Made by a program: the position numbers and the translations under genes. A stretch of DNA of 29,195 nucleotides from an uncultured Candidatus Bathyarchaeia archaeon (GTDB taxonomy: Archaea > Thermoproteota > Bathyarchaeia > TCS64 > B23). Shown here in pieces: positions 24,587 through 29,195 of this stretch. The stretch's first letter is position 1. Every line of letters starts with the position of its first letter. Where the stretch lies: NCBI GenBank assembly GCA_964511325.1, contig CAZEET010000001.1, positions 1-29,195 of the forward strand. The letters run 5' to 3'. The notes below the pieces were generated by a model that searched no databases, was not told the origin of the DNA, and was given only the letters and a program-made list of their open reading frames with translations.

Positions 24587-26699
24587 CTCCCAGGGTGATC
24601 TTCACATCCACAGCTATACAACCTCCACCCTCCTCATAAACCATGAGGGGGTTGATATCCATCTCCAAGATCTCGGGGAAATCCACCGAGAGTTGTCCAA
24701 CCCTCAGGATCGCCTCCACCAGAGCCTTCAAATCCGAAGGCCTCTCACCTCTGATCCCCCTCAAAAGCGTGTAGGCCTTCGTCTCCCTAACCATCTCCTC
24801 AGCCTCCCTTCTAGAGAGGGGTGCAAGGGCGAAGGAGACATCTCTAAGAAAGTTGACGTAGATGCCGCCCAAGCCGAACATTAGAAGGGGGCCAAACTGG
24901 ACGTCTCTGCTCATCCCTATGATCATCTCACGGCCCTGTGGAACCATCTTGGAGACGAGTACTCCATATAGCCTAGCCTGAGGCATATGCCTTGAAACCC
25001 TCGCCATGATCCCCCTATAAGCCAGGCGAACCTCCTCAGCTGAGGAGAGGTTAAGGACGACGCCGCCGATATCGGTCTTATGAAGTATATCGGGCGACAC
25101 TATTTTAAGAACAATAGGATATCCCAACTCCTCCGCATAGTTGACGGCCTCAGACTCGGAGGTGGCCACCTTCATCTCGGGGGTGTCAACGCCATAGGCC
25201 CTCACTATCTCAGATGTCTCATGGGGTAGTAAGACGACTCGTCCATCTCTCCTGACTTTCCTCAATATCTCCCTCACCCTATCCGCATCTACGTCTCCGA
25301 AGTGGATGGGCTCATCCAGCGGCCTCTTCAGATATCTGGCATACCTGTAGAGGGCCGACAGGGTTTTCACAGCCTTCTCGGGGAAGTCGAAGCAGGGGAT
25401 ACCGATCTTTTTCAAATATCTCGATGCCTCCTCCACCTCGCCGCCGCCCATGAACACAGTCAATATAGGTTTCTCCGGGAATCGCCTCTTCACCTCCGCA
25501 ATTACCCTGGCTGTGGCTAGGCTCTCCGTCATCGCCTGAGGCGTCAATATGACGGCGGCCGCATAAACCCGATGATCAGCCATCACCCTCTCAAGGGCGC
25601 ATCTATATCTCTCCGCCCTCGCATCACCTAGTACATCTATCGGATTTCCCGTCGCCGCCTCAGGTGGGAGAACCTCCCTCAGCGCCCTATACGTCTCAGG
25701 GCTGAGCTTGGCCAGTTTGACGCCGTAACGCTCACAGAGATCCGTGAAGACTATTCCGGGTCCACCGGCGTTGGTTACGATGGCCACTCCCTCCCCCCTA
25801 GGCAGGGGCTGCTCGGTAAAGGCTACAGCGTAGTTGAAAAGCTCCTCGACACCCTCCGTGGATAGAACTCCGCTCTTCCAGAAGGCGGCCTTATAGGCGG
25901 TGTAGCTTCCGACGAGAGCTCCAGTGTGGCTTCCAGCGGCCCGCGATCCAGCCTTAGAGACTCCCCCCTTCAAGACGATGACCGGCTTCCTCCTAGTCAC
26001 CTTTCTCGCGATCTCTATGAAGCGGCCACCCTGCTCTATAGATTCAACGTACAGGATGATGGCCCTGACATCCTCATCTACGCCGAGTGCCTCCAGAAAA
26101 TCCACCTCATTTAGGTCAGCCTTATTCCCAAGACTTATGAAGTGGGAGAAGCCGATGCCTTCACCCATCGCCCAGTCCAAGGCCGCCGTTCCGAGGGCTC
26201 CGCTCTGAGAGATGAAGGCTATGCTCCCCCTCCTAGGCATCGCCGGTGCGAAGCTGAGATTCAAGGGCGTATAGGTGTCTATAACCCCGAGGCAGTTGGG
26301 ACCCTGAATCCTCATCTTATAACGCCTGGCGATCTCAAGGAGCCTTCTCTCCCGCTCGGCGCCCTCTCTCCCAATCTCACGGAAGCCGGCTGAGATAACG
26401 ATGAGGGCTTTAACCCCCTTCCTGCCGCACTCCTCAGCAACCTGTAGGACTATAGGCGCCGGAACGGCTATGACGGCGAGCTCGATCTCCCCGGGCACTT
26501 TCAGCACGGAGGGGTAGCACTTGACGCCTAGAATCTCATCGGCGTGTGGATTTATAGGATAGACATCGCCTTTAAAGCCGCATTCTATGAGATTCTTCAA
26601 CAGTGTATGACCAACCTTCCTGGGAGTCCTAGAGGCGCCTATTATCGCGACGGATTCGGGCTTGAAGATCGCCTTTATGTCATGATCCTGAGGGCTCAA
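24579..26699 (-). CDS. acd: ADP-forming acetate/acyl-CoA synthetase, fused alpha-beta
   Basis: CoA-binding IIGASR...VG, GPNCLG, SQSGALG, phospho-His SHTGAL, NAGG and NPIDV. ATP-grasp HKTDIGGV. Confidence 0.95.
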   Translation of the reverse strand: MSPQDHDIKAIFKPESVAIIGASRTPRKVGHTLLKNLIECGFKGDVYPINPHADEILGVKCYPSVLKVPGEIELAVIAVPAPIVLQVAEECGRKGVKALIVISAGFREIGREGAERERRLLEIARRYKMRIQGPNCLGVIDTYTPLNLSFAPAMPRRGSIAFISQSGALGTAALDWAMGEGIGFSHFISLGNKADLNEVDFLEALGVDEDVRAIILYVESIEQGGRFIEIARKVTRRKPVIVLKGGVSKAGSRAAGSHTGALVGSYTAYKAAFWKSGVLSTEGVEELFNYAVAFTEQPLPRGEGVAIVTNAGGPGIVFTDLCERYGVKLAKLSPETYRALREVLPPEAATGNPIDVLGDARAERYRCALERVMADHRVYAAAVILTPQAMTESLATARVIAEVKRRFPEKPILTVFMGGGEVEEASRYLKKIGIPCFDFPEKAVKTLSALYRYARYLKRPLDEPIHFGDVDADRVREILRKVRRDGRVVLLPHETSEIVRAYGVDTPEMKVATSESEAVNYAEELGYPIVLKIVSPDILHKTDIGGVVLNLSSAEEVRLAYRGIMARVSRHMPQARLYGVLVSKMVPQGREMIIGMSRDVQFGPLLMFGLGGIYVNFLRDVSFALAPLSRREAEEMVRETKAYTLLRGIRGERPSDLKALVEAILRVGQLSVDFPEILEMDINPLMVYEEGGGCIAVDVKITLGVD

Positions 26700-26782
26700 C
26701 AGTCATCTGAGAAAACTCTCAACGTCTATTAGAGCATTTCTGGAACTAGGCCTCGCCCTTGTTTAGTTAAAAAGGGATATTA

Positions 26783-28040
26783 GTGAATTTGTGGAAGAAA
26801 CTGGGATCAATGTCTCTTGAGGATATACGTCAATTCCTCGGGAATCGGAATATCGTCTCTATAATGGTCACGCAGACCCTAACCATGTTTATAGCATGGC
26901 TCTGGTGGCCGTATCGCAGTCTCTATATACTGGCGCTGGGGGCCAGCAAGGAGGTGCTTGGGGCTTTATTGATGATAGAGATGGTGGGAGGTATGATTTT
27001 CCAACTTCCAGGTGGAATTCTGGCGGATAGATGGGGTAGAAAAAGGGTGATGCTTCTCAGCGCCATCATCGGCCTTGGCTCACCCCTCATATATCTCTTC
27101 GCGATGAACTGGGTACACATAGCTCCCGCCCTCCTGTTAGCCTCCACAAGCGCTCTGAGTAGACCGGCTTACAACGCCTTAATCGCGGAGAGCCTTCCCC
27201 CCGAGAAACGGGGATCCGGTTTCGCAGCCATAAGCTTCGTACAGAAGATTCCTCAGATATTCACAGGCGTTATTGGGGGCTACATCATCGACCGCTATGG
27301 AGTTTTGAGCGGTGTGAGAATGATCCTTACAGCATCATTCTTCGCGTCTCTGACGGGCGTTTTGATTTATTGGAGGGGACTTGAAGAAACCTTGATTTCG
27401 CACACCTCGGGGAAGATTAAAAATAGAGGCTTCTCCCTCCGAGGCGTCAGCCAGATACCCCGAGACGTATTGTTATTGACGATCGTGGCGAGTCTCAGCG
27501 CCTTCGGCGTTAGAATGATCTTCGACTTCTCGGTGGTTTACGCAGTGGAGGTGATAGGATTATCCAAGATGGAGTATGGGCTGATCGGCACGATGGTGAG
27601 TTTCATAAACCTGTTTCTAACCCTACCTGGAGGAATTCTCGCGGAAGTTTGGTAAAAAGATCGTCGTGATCCTTTCACGGCTCTTATACTCCCTCTCGAT
27701 AATAGGTTTTCCTCTTTCATCGAGTTTCTGGCATCTAGCCGCCTTTAGGGTTGTGGGTAGCATCGGGATCGGGTTTGGAGGCACATTTATGCGGGTGAGG
27801 GGTGGCCCAGTGTGGGAGGCGATGGTGGCTGAGGCCTGTCCACGGGAGCAACGAGGCAGGTTGATGGGGCTGATGGGGACGATAATCAGCCTGATAAATG
27901 TCCCCGCCCCCTTCGTTGGAGGATATCTCTATGAAAATGTCTCCCCGGAGATGCCCTTCATCACCAGTTTCCTGATGAATACCCTTGGCACGGTGTTGAT
28001 CGCGGTCTTCATCAAGCAAAGGGGGAGAGAAAGATCGTAA
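26783..28040 (+). pseudogene. MFS transporter split by a frameshift (26783-27655 and continuing to 28040)
   Basis: First half has LPGGILADRWGRKR. The second-half equivalent reads LPGGILAE in one frame, then FGKKIVVILSR in the next frame, broken at 27644-27647. Confidence 0.75.
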
Positions 28041-28114
28041 TCGTCCAGAGCGTTTTTCATCGCCTTCGATAGTAAAGTTGTTAAAAGGATTGTGAGGGTG
28101 TTATGTGATGCGAC

Positions 28115-29158
28115 ATGTCGTCGAGGCCTAAGGCCTTCGGAAACCTCATGGCTGAGGTCATAAGGAAGAAGCTCTGCGTCGGCTGCGGGGGATGCTCAGC
28201 CGTCTGCCCTTTAAACTCCATAGAGATGGCGGGCTCCACCCCGAGGCTCATAAGCCTCTGCATCGCCTGTGGCATGTGCTACAACAACTGTCCGAGAACC
28301 AGCTTCGACAAGGAGACCCTTGAGGAGCGAGCCTTCGGATGGACCGGTGGGGCATCGGAGGTAGGATTCTATAAAGGCCTTTACGCCGTGAGGGCTCTGG
28401 ATGAGCGGATCCTTGAACGCTGCCAGGATGGCGGAGCCGTGACGGCTCTCCTCGCCCATAAACTCTCGGAGGGATGCGTCTCAGTGGTGGCGGGACTGAA
28501 GCCTGAAAGTGTTTGGGAGCCTCAACCCATCGTCGTCTCAAGCCTCGACGAGCTCCTAGAGGCCGCCGGAACGAAGTATACGTCGAGTCCAACCCTAGTA
28601 GGCGTGGCCTCGGCTGTGAAGGAGTATATGGCTGAACATGTGGCTGTTGTCGGAACCCCCTGCCAAGTGACTGCTCTCAGGCGTATACAACTCGGAGATC
28701 ACTCGGAGGTGAAGTTCTCTAAGGCCTTGGATCTCATCATAGGCCTCTTCTGCATGGAGACCTTCGACTATGGAAAATTGATGGAATTCCTCAGGGCTAA
28801 GGGCGTCGAGCCTAAAGACATCCATAAGTTTGATATCAAGCGTGGCCGCTTCCTCGCCTACGACGCCGATGGAGAAACGTTGCTGAGGGTTAAGTTGAAG
28901 GAGCTGGAGGCGTTGGTGAGGGAATGCTGCCATCACTGCGATGATTTCACCTCAGAGCTGGCTGACATCTCCGTCGGAAACGTCGGCTCACCTGATGGAT
29001 GGTCCACGGTCATTGTCAGAAGCGATAGAGGCGAGAAGGCGCTGAGGGGTGCGGAGAAAGAGGGGTTGATCGAGGTTAAGCCCCTCGCCGAGATGGAGCC
29101 GGGGTTGGAGGCGGTGGTGAAGCTCGCCAGGTTTAAGAGAGAGAGGGCGAAGGCTTAG
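28115..29158 (+). CDS. F420-dependent oxidoreductase, FrhB family with N-terminal 2x[4Fe-4S] domain (FpoF/FqoF-like architecture)
   Basis: CVGCGGCSAVCP and CIACGMCYNNCP ferredoxin motifs. QDGGAVTAL, GTKYT, VGTPCQ, IGLFCME and CHHC...ADISVGNVGS. Confidence 0.92.
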   Translation: MSSRPKAFGNLMAEVIRKKLCVGCGGCSAVCPLNSIEMAGSTPRLISLCIACGMCYNNCPRTSFDKETLEERAFGWTGGASEVGFYKGLYAVRALDERILERCQDGGAVTALLAHKLSEGCVSVVAGLKPESVWEPQPIVVSSLDELLEAAGTKYTSSPTLVGVASAVKEYMAEHVAVVGTPCQVTALRRIQLGDHSEVKFSKALDLIIGLFCMETFDYGKLMEFLRAKGVEPKDIHKFDIKRGRFLAYDADGETLLRVKLKELEALVRECCHHCDDFTSELADISVGNVGSPDGWSTVIVRSDRGEKALRGAEKEGLIEVKPLAEMEPGLEAVVKLARFKRERAKA

Positions 29159-29195
29159 AGGGCTTCTCCAGGAGCCTCCGCTTGCTCAGCAGCGA

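Noticed and set aside
24579-26699. Annotation as protein lysine acetyltransferase (Pat/YfiQ)
   Set aside because: There is no GNAT domain, and the catalytic phospho-His (SHTG) is retained.
27641-27660. Programmed ribosomal frameshift in the MFS gene
   Set aside because: There is no usable slippery heptamer before the in-frame TAA, and the motif is best restored by a 2-nt deletion.
26783-28040. Horizontal acquisition of the frameshifted MFS based on T-rich composition
   Set aside because: Membrane-protein codons are T-rich anyway. No boundaries, repeats or mobility genes are seen, and I could not compute composition rigorously.
1045-28936. The many 60-137 aa ORFs nested in or antisense to long genes (e.g. 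1045-1425, 3839-4210, 14562-14975, 17279-17662, 18816-19133, 21680-22060, 28248-28592)
   Set aside because: They overlap motif-supported genes, show Ser/Pro/Arg-rich off-frame composition and have no motifs.
29155-29195. 3' end of a minus-strand gene (…AAEQAEAPGEAL*)
   Set aside because: Only 12 codons are visible. It is plausible from the TTAG overlap pattern but unsupported as a feature.
1-29195. tRNA, rRNA, C/D-box sRNA, CRISPR array, IS elements, inteins
   Set aside because: The intergenic gaps show no cloverleaf, paired C/D boxes, spaced direct repeats or transposase. topA, tes and the other genes have normal lengths with no intein motifs.

Overview
Gene-dense archaeal window with about 30 CDSs. 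It contains no tRNA, rRNA, CRISPR array or recognisable mobile element. Marker content (Tes/GDGT synthase, Rio2, NucS, Sm protein, single-OB SSB, TrmB, ADP-forming acetate-CoA ligase, FrhB/FpoF-like protein, frequent TTG starts) suggests an anaerobic TACK archaeon, most likely Bathyarchaeia (inference). Most genes are housekeeping or metabolic. The best leads are: (1) a CitG-family triphosphoribosyl synthase paired head-to-head with an uncharacterised nucleotidyltransferase, sharing one TATA box exactly 24 nt from each start codon; this resembles the CitG/CitX and MdcB/MdcG two-step logic and could supply the unassigned late steps of methanopterin biosynthesis or a new phosphoribosyl modification; (2) a GTCTCA-N6-TGAGAC palindrome present twice, 11.9 kb apart, with a compensatory base change; (3) a threonine synthase-like enzyme fused to a C-terminal winged-helix domain, with altered PLP-site residues; (4) a 58-aa C2H2 zinc-finger gene missed by the ORF track; (5) a LarA-family racemase coupled to a D-2-hydroxyacid dehydrogenase. 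Family calls come from motif recognition by eye; no database searches were run.
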